Below, piece by piece: positions 9,971 to 23,700 of a DNA stretch of 64,000 bases. Numbering within the stretch: position 1 is the stretch's first letter; the number at the start of each line of letters is the position of its first letter. Position numbers and translations under genes: made by a program. This stretch comes from a virus. The stretch spans positions 1-64,000 of the IMG/VR virus record IMGVR_UViG_3300031857_000105; one strand, given 5' to 3'. Below the pieces are notes generated by a model that did not search any database, was not told where the DNA came from, and was given only the letters and a program-made list of their open reading frames with translations.

Positions 9971-12900
9971 ATGGCTGTTGGTCGTATTACCGGTCCGCTC
10001 TTGAAGGCGAATCTTCTTCGTGATGGAGTTGATCTGGCTTTTGAGACCGACTTACTTTATTTAGATGTTATAAACGGCAAAGTCGGCATAAAGACAATAC
10101 CGGATGTTGGCTACGACCTAGATGTCAACGGTAAAACTCGCTCTACAAATTTAGTTGTTACAAATCAAGCAGATTTAGCAACTTTTACAATCAACAACAA
10201 TACAATATCTAGTTCTAGTTCTACTATTAATTTAGAACCAACTGGCGCAAATGCCGTAGTATATCAGGGTAAAATTGTCACAGGTGATTTACAAGTCAGT
10301 ACTAACACTATTGAAATCACTGCAACAGACCAAGATTTAAATATTAACACACTTGGCACTGGCCAAGTTGTCGTCAACAGTAATTTATTAGTTAACGGCG
10401 ATATTCATGCTACTGGAAACATAACAGCTGATGGTAGTATTCAACTAGGCGATGCAAACACCGATAATATCGTATTCAACGCAGATGTTAACAGTAACAT
10501 TATCCCAGACGATGACATCACTTGGGATTTAGGAAGTGATCCTAATGCAAGCGGCAAGGCTTGGCGTAACGTTTATGCTAAGGATATCTTAGCAACTAGT
10601 GTAACAGCAAATAGCATATTAGTCAACGGCATTGATTTAGCACTAGTTCAAGGAAATATCTACTATGTTGCTACTACAGGTAGCAACTCTAATTTGGGTG
10701 AACACGAACATAACCCAGTACTAACATTAAAATATGCCCTTAGTCTAGCCAATGCCGGTGACTGCATTTATATCTATCCAGGTACATATCAAGAAATATT
10801 TCCTCTAACAGTTCCTGCTGGCGTTAGTATTAAGGGCACTGGTCTTCGTTCTGTTAAAATAGTACCAACAGTAGGAACTAACGATAAAGATGCGTTTTTA
10901 TTGAACGGCGAGACAACTATTGAAGATTTAACGGTAGCAGATTATTTCTATAATGTAACTAACAATACAGGGTATGCATTCCGTTTTGCTACAGGAATGA
11001 CAGTAACAACTCGCAGTCCTTACATTAGAAACATAACAGTTATTACAAAAGGATCAACTACAAATACAGGCGATCCTTACGGGTTTGACAGTAACGATGC
11101 AGGTAAAGGAGCACTAGCAGATGGTAGCGTAGTTAATGCAGCCAGCAAAGAAGCAAGTATGTTGTTCCATTCAGCAACATTTATTACACCTAATCAAGAA
11201 ACTATTACAGCAACAAACGGTGTACGTATAGAGTGGTTAAACTCGTTTAGCTATTTTGCTGATAAAGGGCTGTATCTAACAAGCGGTTCTACAGGCTTTG
11301 CTGGAGTAGGACAAACACGTTTACGTATTGAAAATCGTACAGGTACTTGGGCAGTTGGTAATACTGTAAACTACTACGATACTGACGGAACAACAGTATT
11401 AGGCACAGGCACTATTGCTAGTATTGACGGTAACTACGTCAACTTAACGGGCAAGTGCCTTGGATTTGAAACAATTACAGATCGTCCTGGCAAAACAGTA
11501 TACGCCCAGGGCGATGCTAAATTATCAGTAGCGCAAAAGAAATTTGGAACAGCAAGTTTAGTTTTAGATGGTGTTGGCGACTATATTACTATATCGTCGC
11601 AACCAGATTTTGAATACGGTACTGGAGATTTTACTTTTGAATTTTTCTGGAGACCAACTGCGCTTGGAACAGGACAAGTCTTATTAGATTGCAGAACAGC
11701 CGCAACTGACACAGCACTTTATTTAGAAATGAACGCTTCTGGAAATATTAGATTATTTGTAAGCGGAGCATATCGTATTACTTCTAGTGTTGCATGTACA
11801 GCGGGTACATTTAATCATATAGCACTATTTAGAGTTGGCGGTGTTACAAAATTAGCAGTTAACGGAACATTAACACCTACAACATGGTCTGATTCAACTA
11901 ACTACCCAGCACGACCAGTTAGAATGGGGGCTAGTTGGACTGGTGGAGCACCAAGTACAGGATATATTGATGAAGTTCGTGTAGTTAAAGGTGTAGCAAA
12001 ATACACAACTTCAGTGACAGTTCCAACAGCGCCACTTGCTGGCGATTTATCAACAGTATTACTACTGCATTTTAACGGTGCAAATAATTCAACTACATTT
12101 GTTGACGATGGTCTTACATTTCAAGACTTAAGAACAAGTGCATTAGGAACAGCAAGTCTTATTCAATTTGCAGACTACTCTGACTTTGGAGCAGAACTTC
12201 GCTCAATTGGCTCAGCAAGCGTCTATGGAAACTATGGAGCAGTTGGCGACGGTGACGGCGTTATTGCATATCTAATAAGCCAAAATTTTGCGTATGTGGG
12301 TTCTGGTAAAGTATCTACTAACGATCCTAATGATAGGATTGCTGCTAACGAAGTTGTTAAGTCGAATCGTGCTAAAATTTATTATACTAGCGTGGACAAC
12401 GAGGGTAATTTTAGTGTTGGCGATGCATTTTTTGTAAATCAAAAAACAGGTGATGTATTATTCAACGGTGAAGCACTGACAATAACAACTCCGGCGGGAG
12501 TTACTTTTACGGATGGTGTAAATTCTACAATAATTTCCGCAGACGGAATTGACACTGGTAATATACGCATCAGTGGAAATACCATTGAAAGTTTAACTGG
12601 TCCAGTTAACATAACATCGGCTAGCGGTGCAATTAATTTACAAAACAATACATTTGTTACAGGTAATTTAGATGTTACTGGGGACATTACACTTGGCGGT
12701 AACATTACAATTGGCGACTCTAATACAGATACAATTAATTTTGTTGGTGGTATTAGCAGTAATTTAGTACCAGCAACAACAGCAACATACAATTTAGGAC
12801 AAGGCGGCGCAACTCCGTTACGTTGGAATAACGTATTCTTAAGCCGTGCTGAAATTGACGGACTTGTAATTGATAGTAACACTATTCAAACTACAGTAGG

Positions 12901-14014
12901 CAATGATAACTTAACATTGCAAGCCAACGGTTCAGGCATTATTTCAATTCCAAGTAATGATGTGCAAATAAATCAAAGTTTGACCGTAACAACTGATTTA
13001 ACAGTTACTACAGGAACAACATATTTAAAGAATACTGGCATTACTGGTACTGTTACACAAACAGGCGACATTAATCAAACCGGTAATTTTACCACAAGCG
13101 GTAATACAGAAGTTACTGGAAATATAACTGGAACAGGTTATTTAAGATTACCTAATATTGAAATTAGTGGCAGTACTATTACAACTAGAACTAGTGGCAC
13201 TGATTTACAATTGACAGCTAACGGAACCGGTAACGTTGTAATTGAAGGGATTAAAGTTGAAGACAATGTAATTAAAAGTACCGCAACAAATTCAGATATT
13301 ACATTAACTCCGCAAGGAACTGGTATTGTTACCATTGACAGTAACCAAAGTTTAAAAATTCCAGTGGGTGATAACGCTGCCCGTCCTGGTACACCTGTAA
13401 ATGGTATGATTCGTTACAATAACCAAATTGGACGCTATGAAGGTTATAATAACGGTCTCTGGTTAACTATGAGTGGAGTTGCAGATTCAGACGGTAACAC
13501 ATATATTACTGCTGAATTGACTCCTGGCGCAAATGATAATACTTTAAGATTCTACGCCGATGGCAATTTAATGGCTACCATCGATAGTACTAAGCTATAT
13601 ACAGAGCGTTTAAAAACTAGCAATTTAAATATAGAAAGCAATACTATTAGTTCGATAAGTACTAATAGCGATATTAATTTATCACCAACTGGAACTGGTA
13701 GTGTACGTGTTGGAAATTTAAGTATTAAAAATAATACAATTACCAACGTAGTATCAGGCGCAATAACTGAATTTAGTCAAACAGGCACAGGATATGTAAA
13801 AGTTCCAGGAACTTACGGAATTGTAATTCCATCAGGTACAGACTCTACACGCCCAGGTGTGACTGAAAGCGGAATGATTCGTTTTAACACAGAGCAACAG
13901 CTTGTGGAAGTCTACAACGGATCAATATGGACAGGTGTATCTGGAGTTGGTGGTGGTATTAACTTTAACGATGCAACAAACATTGCAATTGAATACGTTT
14001 TAACATTTGGATAA
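9971..14014 (+). CDS. Large fibre/tailspike-like protein with inserted LamG (concanavalin A-like) domain
   Basis: 1347 aa; paralog of 6697; KFGTASL.LDG.GDY..GDFTFEF..GYIDEVRV.KG.AKYT LamG signature. Confidence 0.75.
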   Translation: MAVGRITGPLLKANLLRDGVDLAFETDLLYLDVINGKVGIKTIPDVGYDLDVNGKTRSTNLVVTNQADLATFTINNNTISSSSSTINLEPTGANAVVYQGKIVTGDLQVSTNTIEITATDQDLNINTLGTGQVVVNSNLLVNGDIHATGNITADGSIQLGDANTDNIVFNADVNSNIIPDDDITWDLGSDPNASGKAWRNVYAKDILATSVTANSILVNGIDLALVQGNIYYVATTGSNSNLGEHEHNPVLTLKYALSLANAGDCIYIYPGTYQEIFPLTVPAGVSIKGTGLRSVKIVPTVGTNDKDAFLLNGETTIEDLTVADYFYNVTNNTGYAFRFATGMTVTTRSPYIRNITVITKGSTTNTGDPYGFDSNDAGKGALADGSVVNAASKEASMLFHSATFITPNQETITATNGVRIEWLNSFSYFADKGLYLTSGSTGFAGVGQTRLRIENRTGTWAVGNTVNYYDTDGTTVLGTGTIASIDGNYVNLTGKCLGFETITDRPGKTVYAQGDAKLSVAQKKFGTASLVLDGVGDYITISSQPDFEYGTGDFTFEFFWRPTALGTGQVLLDCRTAATDTALYLEMNASGNIRLFVSGAYRITSSVACTAGTFNHIALFRVGGVTKLAVNGTLTPTTWSDSTNYPARPVRMGASWTGGAPSTGYIDEVRVVKGVAKYTTSVTVPTAPLAGDLSTVLLLHFNGANNSTTFVDDGLTFQDLRTSALGTASLIQFADYSDFGAELRSIGSASVYGNYGAVGDGDGVIAYLISQNFAYVGSGKVSTNDPNDRIAANEVVKSNRAKIYYTSVDNEGNFSVGDAFFVNQKTGDVLFNGEALTITTPAGVTFTDGVNSTIISADGIDTGNIRISGNTIESLTGPVNITSASGAINLQNNTFVTGNLDVTGDITLGGNITIGDSNTDTINFVGGISSNLVPATTATYNLGQGGATPLRWNNVFLSRAEIDGLVIDSNTIQTTVGNDNLTLQANGSGIISIPSNDVQINQSLTVTTDLTVTTGTTYLKNTGITGTVTQTGDINQTGNFTTSGNTEVTGNITGTGYLRLPNIEISGSTITTRTSGTDLQLTANGTGNVVIEGIKVEDNVIKSTATNSDITLTPQGTGIVTIDSNQSLKIPVGDNAARPGTPVNGMIRYNNQIGRYEGYNNGLWLTMSGVADSDGNTYITAELTPGANDNTLRFYADGNLMATIDSTKLYTERLKTSNLNIESNTISSISTNSDINLSPTGTGSVRVGNLSIKNNTITNVVSGAITEFSQTGTGYVKVPGTYGIVIPSGTDSTRPGVTESGMIRFNTEQQLVEVYNGSIWTGVSGVGGGINFNDATNIAIEYVLTFG

Positions 14015-14017
14015 AAT

Positions 14018-14350
14018 ATGGCAACCACATTTGGAAACTCTTTAATACAAGAATTAGGAACAACACCAACAACTGCTCTAACATCGGCAGCTAATGCTCG
14101 TGTTACCGTTATCGGTTTAAGCCTAACTAATCTAACAGACAGTATTATTTTAGCAACTATTCTTATAGAAAATAACACTACTGGCGACAGTGCTCATTAT
14201 ATTAAAGGCATCCCAGTTCCACCAAATCAGAGTTTGCGTGTTATTAACGGCGGTGAAAAATTAATTATTGGTACTAATACCAGCATCATCTTTACAGCTA
14301 GCCAAGATGATAGTTTAGATTTAGTAATGAGTTATGTATCAATTACGTAA
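14018..14350 (+). CDS. Small beta-rich fibre-associated protein (family A, copy 2)
   Basis: 110 aa; TVIGLSLTN...VPPNQSL....GEKLII. Confidence 0.6.
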   Translation: MATTFGNSLIQELGTTPTTALTSAANARVTVIGLSLTNLTDSIILATILIENNTTGDSAHYIKGIPVPPNQSLRVINGGEKLIIGTNTSIIFTASQDDSLDLVMSYVSIT

Positions 14351-14360
14351 GGAATAAATT

Positions 14361-14744
14361 ATGACATATTATGTTGGACAACTTAGTTCAGTTGAACTAC
14401 TAGGAGAAGGAAACCCAAGATTTTTCTACGGACTTCGTAGACAAGACACAGGAGACAATGACGGTACTTTATTTTTTACAAAAGTTGATCAACTTACAAG
14501 TACTGATGTTATAACTATAAACAACGCCGGTGCTGGTTCTGACAATTTTGAAACATTTGAATATGGTATTGATTTTTTTGACGGGCGTCTTGCACAAGAT
14601 CATAGTCGCCCCTACACAAATTTACAATTTGATCAATATCGCTGGGATAGCAAAAATTGTTATTATTACATAAATGCTAATGGCGAGTTAATAGTGAGAA
14701 TTAATCAAGCATATACATACGCACCAGAACAAATTGTTAGTTAA
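14361..14744 (+). CDS. Hypothetical virion-associated protein
   Basis: 127 aa, SD AAGGA, within structural operon. Confidence 0.6.
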   Translation: MTYYVGQLSSVELLGEGNPRFFYGLRRQDTGDNDGTLFFTKVDQLTSTDVITINNAGAGSDNFETFEYGIDFFDGRLAQDHSRPYTNLQFDQYRWDSKNCYYYINANGELIVRINQAYTYAPEQIVS

Positions 14745-14764
14745 TAAAGACAAGGAATATAAAA

Positions 14765-17700
14765 ATGGCAGCAGAATTTAAAATTGGTAGACTACGTTAT
14801 AACTGGGTAGGTACATGGACTCCTGGAACGGTATACAGTCGAGACGACGTAGTACTTAATGACGGAAAAGCATATTCTTGTCTAGTTCCAAATACAGCAA
14901 GTGCAAACTTTTATACAGATTTAAACAACATTTTTCCACGCTGGCAAATTGTACTCGACGGTAAATCATGGAAGGGTCCTTGGGTATCTAATTATTCATA
15001 CGGTGTTGGAAATATTGTAATATTTGGCGGTAAAGCCTATATTAGCATAACTGCTCATGTTAGCTCATTATTTGAAAGTGACGTTGCCAACTGGAATGTA
15101 TATGCTGAGTTTGACGGATGGAAGCCCAGCTGGACTCCTAGCACAGCCTACGGTGTTAATGATGTTGTAAAATACGGTGGTATTGTTTATAAGTGCATAG
15201 CCAACCACTCTAGTGCAGGCTCAACTAGTGCAGGCCTTGAAGCTAACCAAGCCAGCTGGCAAGTTTATTATTCTGGCGTTGAATACAAAGGCATCTGGGC
15301 ATCAGGTTTTAGATACAAACTTAATGATTTAGTAAAAATACGTGCAAATATCTATATTTGTACACAATATCACACATCTACTAATACGTTTGATGACAGT
15401 AGCTTTAGTATGTGGATACCAGGACAATTATCAAATGTTGTCTGGAACCCATCTACTGTTTACCAAGTTGGTGATGCAGTTATCCACGGCGGTGATGCTT
15501 ATATTTCTAAGACTGCTAACAATCAAAACAATTATCCAGACACTGATGCTATAAGATGGGGATTCTTTAACGTTGGTTATACTGTTCGAAATACATGGTC
15601 TGCAGGCCCGGCTTCATACGCCCCAGGTGATTTAGTAACTCGTAACGGACAACTTTATGAAGCTGTTGCAAGAAGTACTGGGCAAGATCCGAACACTAGT
15701 ACAGTCACAGCAAGTTATGTAGCATTAGGAAGTTCTTCAACTGAATTAAATCTTTCATCAATAACTGGAATAACGGCAGGTATGACAGTATCGGGTGTTG
15801 GATTTGTTAGCGGCCAACGTGTTGCTACGGTTGTAAATGAAACAGCCAGCGCAGAAGATTCTACTCTTACAAATAATACAATAACTATAAGTTCTTTTAC
15901 ATCAAAGACTGGCACTGGGCCATACTTGGTGACTTTTGCTATTCCTACACAAGACATTGTGCCATCAGCAAACTCTCAATTTATAGTTGCAGGTAACAGT
16001 AATGTGCTTTATAACGGAACATTTGCTGTTAACAGCACTACAACTACAAGTATTACTTTAACTTATATAAATGATCCGGGTGTATACGGTACAGGAGTTA
16101 CAACAATTACTGATACGGCACGTAAAGTGTTAACATTAGGCGGAACAGTTACCGGAACTTTTAGAATAGGTATGAGACTTCCGCAAGCTAATAATGCCTA
16201 TATAGTAGCAGGATCAGGAACTTCGTGGATTGTAACTACTACTCAAATATTAACATTGCAAACAATCACTGCAACATTCCAAGGAATAACACTATCACGC
16301 GAGTCGGATCAAGCGTTAACTGATTTGCAGGCAATTAATTTTGTTGGAATTAATTCACAATATTGGTCTTTATTAATTCCTGGAAAACAATGGGCAAATC
16401 GTTGGGTTAGTACAAGTCAGTACAGTGTAGGAGATGTAGTTTCATATTCAACTGGAACTTATGTCTGCATAAAACCGCACACACAATCTAACAGACCTGA
16501 CATTGATACTACATCTACGTATTGGGTATTGCTGATAAAACACGATCCTAACAATACTTTGAATAATCAAGGTGATTTAAGAACGTTTGCAAATGATCGT
16601 CCCCAAGCTGTTGCCATAGGAACTGATACGTATGTGTTAGGAGTAGATTCAAATTTGCCAAATTGGCGAAAACTCAATGTTGTTCCTGCGGTCTATTATG
16701 TTGATTCTTACACAGGTGTAGATACACCTGGCTACGGCGTTACTTGGGATCAACCATGGAAGACTATCAAGTATGCTTGCGATACAATTACTACAGGATT
16801 TTATTTTCCTAATGCCGTTGAACTTGTAAAGGCAAATAAAGCCTTTATAATTGCAGAAATGTATCAATGGATGCTTTATCAAATGTCAAATAATATTGCG
16901 CCATTTAGTGCTGATAGTCTATGGAATCCTTATAAAGCGCAAAGAGATGCTGAACTAATTGTAGATGCAATACTGTACGATTTAAAACGTGGCGGCAATA
17001 GCCAATCTGTTGGTGCTGCGCAATCTTTCTTTTACACTGGAAGCCAAACACGATTATACAATAGCTTAACAAAAGCCACATTGCCTTATTACACACCTTC
17101 ATTAAATTATTTGTTAAGTTTGATGCAAAGTGTTGTTGCTAATACTGCCGTGACTGTAAGTTATCAAACATTAAACAACGTAACACCAGTTAGTGTAGTA
17201 AATCAAATTATTATTAATAATTTAACAGCAGAAGCAAATGTTGCAAACAACATATCAAGTTTGATGGGCATTATCACAACAGCACTAACAAACGAAAATA
17301 CTTATCTTGTACCGTCTGCAAATACAGGTATATCTGCAAGTATCTATGTAAAAACAGGTACATACAATGAAATATTACCTATTGCTATTCCTGAAAATGT
17401 ATCAATTATAGGCGACGAATTGCGTAGCGCAGTGGTTCAGCCAGCGTCAAGTAAAACATTTTATTGCACACAAACAATAGCCCCTAACAGCAGTCCATCA
17501 ACTTCAAATACGATGATTGTTAACAGTACGGCTGGATTGTCAAATAATATGCCTCTTCAGTTTATTAGTCCGTTTGTTAATAATGCAAGTACAACGTTTG
17601 GCGGAGTAACATCTGGTAGAACATATTATGTTGATGGTAACTCTATAACTAGCACTAGTTTACGAATAAAAGATTCTCCAACGTTTACATTTATTGCTAC

Positions 17701-20700
17701 TACAGTAGTTAGTAGTAATATTTTAACTAACGTTTCAAACATTACTAATCTTTCAGTAGGCATGCAACTATCAGGACCTGGCATACCATTTGATGCTTAT
17801 GTTTATTCTTTTAATCAGGCAATAAACACTATTTCTACTATTACTATGTGTACAGGATATCCGTTAGCTGAAGGGTACGTATTTGTTGAAGCGTATGCTA
17901 CAGAAAGTGGAATTTTAAGAACTTTAACATCTACTGGAAACTATGTACAACTAACAAACGGCAACGGCAACATGACTATATATGCCGGCGATTGTTTAAA
18001 AGACATGTTCTTAATGAGGAACGGAACTACTATTCGTAACATGTCTCTGTTTGGCCTTAAAGGAACATTAACGGCTAATAATCAATATCTAACAGCTCGG
18101 CCCACCGGCGGCTCTTATACTAGTCTCGATCCAGGAACAGGTCCTAATGATACTAGTGCATGGATTATACGTCGAAGCCCTTACGCACAAAATCTTACAG
18201 TATTTGGTGAAGGAGCCATTGGAATAAAAATTGACGGTACTTTACACAACGGCGGCAGCAAATCGATAGTGTCTAACGACTACACTATGGTTATAAGTGA
18301 CGGAATCGGTATCTGGTGTACAGGCCCGGGTTCAATAACTGAAGCTATTAGTGTGTTCTCATATTATGCGTATGCTGGTTATTTTGCTGAAGACGGCGGA
18401 AGAATTCGTGCAGCCAACGGTAATAGTTCTTATGGAACATTTGGTGTAATTAGTGAAGGATTTGACACTACAGAAACTCCATTAACTGGGACTATTAATA
18501 ATCAGTCACAGCAAGTACAGGCGGAAGTTACTAGTGCGTTCGGTACTGTAGATCAGTTATTAAAATTAAACTACAACAATGCCGGTTCTAATTATTTTTC
18601 TCCTGCAACTAACATGTTAAAAAGAAGTAATGAATTTTTAACTACTTGGACTAATGATTCTTATTTGTCATTTACTAAGAATAATATTGCCCCTACAGGT
18701 TACACTGAAGCATGGTTACTATCTGGATCAACTACTACACCGGGAACTGGCTATGTTCAACAGAGTATTACAATAAATCCAGCAGGCTATACATATACTA
18801 ATATTGGCGGAACAACCCAAGATGGCGCACCGGGCTCTGGGGCTACTTTTGATATTAGAGTTACTAGCACAGTATACGTGGTAACTGTAAATTATTCAGG
18901 CGGCAGTAGTGCTCAATATCAAACAGGAAATAATATTAAAATTCTTGGATCAGTACTCGGTGGGTTAAATGGTGTTAACGATTTAATTATTGTTGTCGGT
19001 GACTTAACAGGTACTGGTATTTCTACTATTTCAGCAATATCTGGAACAGTGCCTGCAGGCAGTAATCAAAATTATACACTTAGCATGTTTGTGTATGACG
19101 GCGGAACATCTGCTACTTTAGATATGCAAGCTATATTTTCTGGTACTACAACAGTTACCAGCGGTATTAGTTATAATATTTCAAGTAAAACTATTACTCC
19201 ATACTCGGGCACTAGTATTACAAGCAGTGCAAATGGCGGTACTTTACCCGTAAACTTTAAAGCACAAAAAACTTTAGTTAACGGTTGGTATAGAGTTTGG
19301 TTCTCTATTAACGACAGTACAGGTGTTAATAATACATTGACTTTTAAGTTCTTCCCGCAAGGAGCGACAGCACCAGTAGCTAACACTTATTCAATAATAT
19401 ACGGAGCTCAGCTAGAAATATCTGATGAAGACTATACGCCTAGAGTTTATTTAGAAACAACAACTAATCAGTTTACTGCTTATGCAAATTATCAAGTTGT
19501 TGGTGCAGGAGCAGGCGCACTATTATCCGGAGATGAAATAAGAAGTCAATCAGTATTCAACGTTCGAGTTACTACTGATTCTAACGGGTTTACTGGTGGA
19601 GCTGGTTACGGCAGTAGTTTAAATACGGCGGCCGACGGTAACCTAAATTCAATACGACTTGCCGCAACTGACCAAGGGATTTTTAATTACTTAGGCATGC
19701 GTGTTTTTATTGGTGGCGGCACTGGCGCTGGACAATACGGATTTGTTACATACTATAACAACAGCTCTAGTGTTGACGCTAACGGGATTACTACAAAAAC
19801 TGCTCTTATAGCTAAGGAAACAATTGATCCAATAGGAGTAATTTCTACAACTTCTAATGCTACCCCTGCTAATAATCTAATTACCCTAGAAGATCAAATT
19901 GATATTAGTCAATGGTACATTAATCAAGCAGTTCAATTTATACCTACATATTATACAACAACAGTAACGGCTACATCTATTGACACTGTGATTGCTACCG
20001 GATCTCTTGGCGGAACAGTAAACACTATAAGTATACCTACTGAGAGTCTTGCAATTAACATGCCAATTACATTTGGAGCAGGAGATCTCAATGTAAGTCC
20101 TGGTTTTATATACTATATTACACAAATTGACTATATTGGCAATACAATTCAAATTGCAACTAGTATAGCAGGAACTGCAATACAGCTTACCCCAGTTGCA
20201 TCAACATCTCAAGTAGTAACATTTCCTCGGTATTCTGGATATATTAAAGCACCAACTACTAATATGGTTCCAAATATTAACATACAATTTACCGGCGTTG
20301 CTCTTGGAGGAGTAGCTCTTGGTACGACTTATTATATAAGTGATATTATAGATGCAGATAATTTTACAGTATCGGCAAACAAAACAATTTTAACTTCTAC
20401 AGAGTCAATAGGTGGTTCTACTAATACTATTGAAGCAAACACAATATCGTTGGTTCCTTGCAATACTGTTGTATTTTCAGGAACGATTTTTGATGCCGCT
20501 ATTTCTCCAGGAGTAATATATTATATTAGTAATATTGTTGACGCCGGCAGTTTTAACATTACCACAAGTATTATACGTACTAGTGTTACATCAACAACAT
20601 TTGGTACAAATTTAATTGAAATTACTGATACAACAGGATTTGTTGTTGGACAACCTATAATTTTTAGTGGTATTTTGCCAGGAACAACGTTTGGTAATAT

Positions 20701-23700
20701 ACAAGCCGAAACTGTTTATTATATTCTAACTATTAATGCAGTTAATAATACAATTACAATTAGTACAGATAAAACAAACACATTTACATTAACTACTCGC
20801 GCAGGATTAATACAAGCTAGAACATGTCCTGAACCTATATCATTAGGCGGTGGTACTGGATCAATGACAGTTACATCAACTGGCACAAGAGTAGTAGTTA
20901 CTCATAGTGTTGGAAATATTAGTACAATGAACGGAACATTCTCCACAAGTCTATACGGAGGACTAAATTCATACACAGTATATTATATTACATCAATCTC
21001 AACAGCGGGCCTTAACCCAACCATAACAGTAAGCACTACACAAACGGGCACTCCTCTTATACTTACAACTGGTGTAGGTAATATGCAACTAGTGGCTAGC
21101 GGCTGGGATCATATAAATCCAGGAACACCTACAGTTCCAACAGACTCTACAAGTTCTTATTTTATTGAACCAAAAGTAACCTTTACTGATCCAACTTGGA
21201 GCCAAACCGTAGGATCAGTTAATACTCCGTTGACCGGCGGCGCAACATTTATAAGTTTAGCGGCTGGAAATAATAGATGGTTAGGATTACCAACCTCTGG
21301 AGCAGTTGGAGCAACATCAACTAATGGAACAAGTTGGACAGCAATAACATTACCAACTGGAATATCTTCATGGAGTGATATTACATACGGCAACAATTAC
21401 TGGGTGGCCTTAGGTAAACAAGCCGGCGGCGGAGGTCCACTAACTTCAGTTGCCGCATATTCTAATTCTAATGGTTTAGGTTGGAGAACTGTTGCTTTTC
21501 CTACTAACGGCAATTATCATAAAATTTGCTACGGCAACGGAACATTTATTGCTATAAGTTCTGACAGTCATCGTGCAGTCTATTCAACAAATCACGGACT
21601 TAATTGGACCCAAAGCTATTTGCCAAGCAGCACACCTATTACGCAAACAGGAGCTCCAGTAATAAGTACTGCACAATTTAAATTTGGTGTTTCTAGTTTA
21701 TACCTAGACGGTTCAAGTCACATTGATGTTGCAAGTGATCCAAAATTTACTTATAGCTCAGAAGATTTTACTGTTGAGTGTTTTGTGCGCCCAACAAGTT
21801 TAACCGGAACTCAAGTAGTAATTGATCAAAGAACATCTGCTAACGAAGCATCAATTTATGTTGATGTTTCTGCAACAGGCGCTGTACGATTATATGTGCT
21901 TGGCTCGTATCAAATAACTTCGACTACACTAATAACAGCTGGAGCATGGAGTCACATTGCAGTGTCAAGAACTAGCGGCGTAACAAGATTATTTGTTAAC
22001 GGAACAGTACAAGGCACAACATATACTGATGCTAACGTGTATGCAGAGAAACCAGTTGCTATTGGAGCATCATTTAGTGCTTCAAATCGTTTTACAGGTT
22101 ATATTGATGAGGTAAGAATTAGTAGAGGCGTAGGTAGATATACTGCTACATTTACTCCAACAGTCCAAGAGTTTGACTCTGACGACAATACTATGTTGTT
22201 AATGCATTTTAATGACTTGAACAATTCTACAAACATTGCTAGTACCATAGGAACTTGGGTGTCAATAGCCTACGGTAACGGAGTATTTGTTGCAATTAAC
22301 AGTAACGGACAAACAGGATGGAGTGTTGACGGCGCTACTTGGAACTCATCAACCCTACCAACAAGTAACACACTGTTAAGTGGAGTTACTATCCTAGGCG
22401 GCGGCGGTACATTCCAGTGTACAACAACGACAACACTTCTTGTTATTGGGCAAAGCGTAAGAATTTCTGGAATTAAATCTGGAGATGGCACTATTAAAAA
22501 CGGCACTTACTACATAAGCGCAACTAATGGCAAGTCATCTTTTACATTATCTGCTAATCTTCAAAATGCACTATCGGGAACAAATCCAATTACAACAGGA
22601 GCTGGTACAACTACTGGACTTACTTTTGAAGTTGGAGTAGCATCTTACACAGGTATAGCATACGGAAACAATAAGTTTGTAGCAGTACAGACTGGATACG
22701 GACTAGAAACAGCAGTTAGTTTTGACGGCGTAAATTGGATACAGTCATTAAATTATATGTCCGCAACTATGGTTAAATATGGTCAAGGGGTATTTTTAGC
22801 ACTTAACTCTACAGGCAGTACATCTTACGCTAGCGAACATGGATTACTTTGGAAGAAACGAACATTAACGTATGGAAGTATAAATGCAAGCATGTTTGGT
22901 CACAATTCCTCAAATGTGGGATATTTTGTAACTTTAACAGGCACAGGTGAGTCTGAGGGCAATGCAACTGTAATTAGCGAAGGCGCACGGGCACAAGGAA
23001 GACCAAGTTTAAATTCTGGAGTAATCAACGGAATTACTTTATGGGAAACTGGATCTAATTATTCAGTTCCTCCAACAGTAACGTTGACAGACTATAATGT
23101 GTCAGTAACTGCTACAGTTAATCCTCGTATAAGCAACGGTACTTTATCTAATCCAACATTTGTAAATAGAGGAACAGGTTATAATACTACTTCAACAGTA
23201 GTTTCAGTAACAGGTGATGGATTTGCAGACACATTCCAGATTGGATTACAATTAATCGTTAACAATTTATCAACTATTCCAGTTATTGGTAGCAATATAC
23301 AAATTTTAAATAATAGTCAAGTTTACAAAGTTACAAATGCTGAGGCAGTGTTTGGAACTAGTGCTCCGTTTATCCAAGCTAATATTCAGGTATCGCCAGA
23401 AATTACAAATGCACTGAGCCCAGTTCATAACACACCAGTAACCTTCCGACAATTATACAGCCAATGTCGATTAACAAATCACGATTTCTTGCTTGTCGGT
23501 ACCGGCAATAAGGCGCTGACGAATTATCCGTTCACTGATCCAACAACAGCAAAAATTGAAAATCAAGCAGTTGAAACTAATCAGGGACACGTATTCTATA
23601 CCAGTACAGACGAAAACGGTAACTTCCAAGTTGGTAGTTTATTTGGTGTGCAACAAGCAACTGGTACAGTTACCTTAAGTGCAACACAGTTTGGTCTAAC

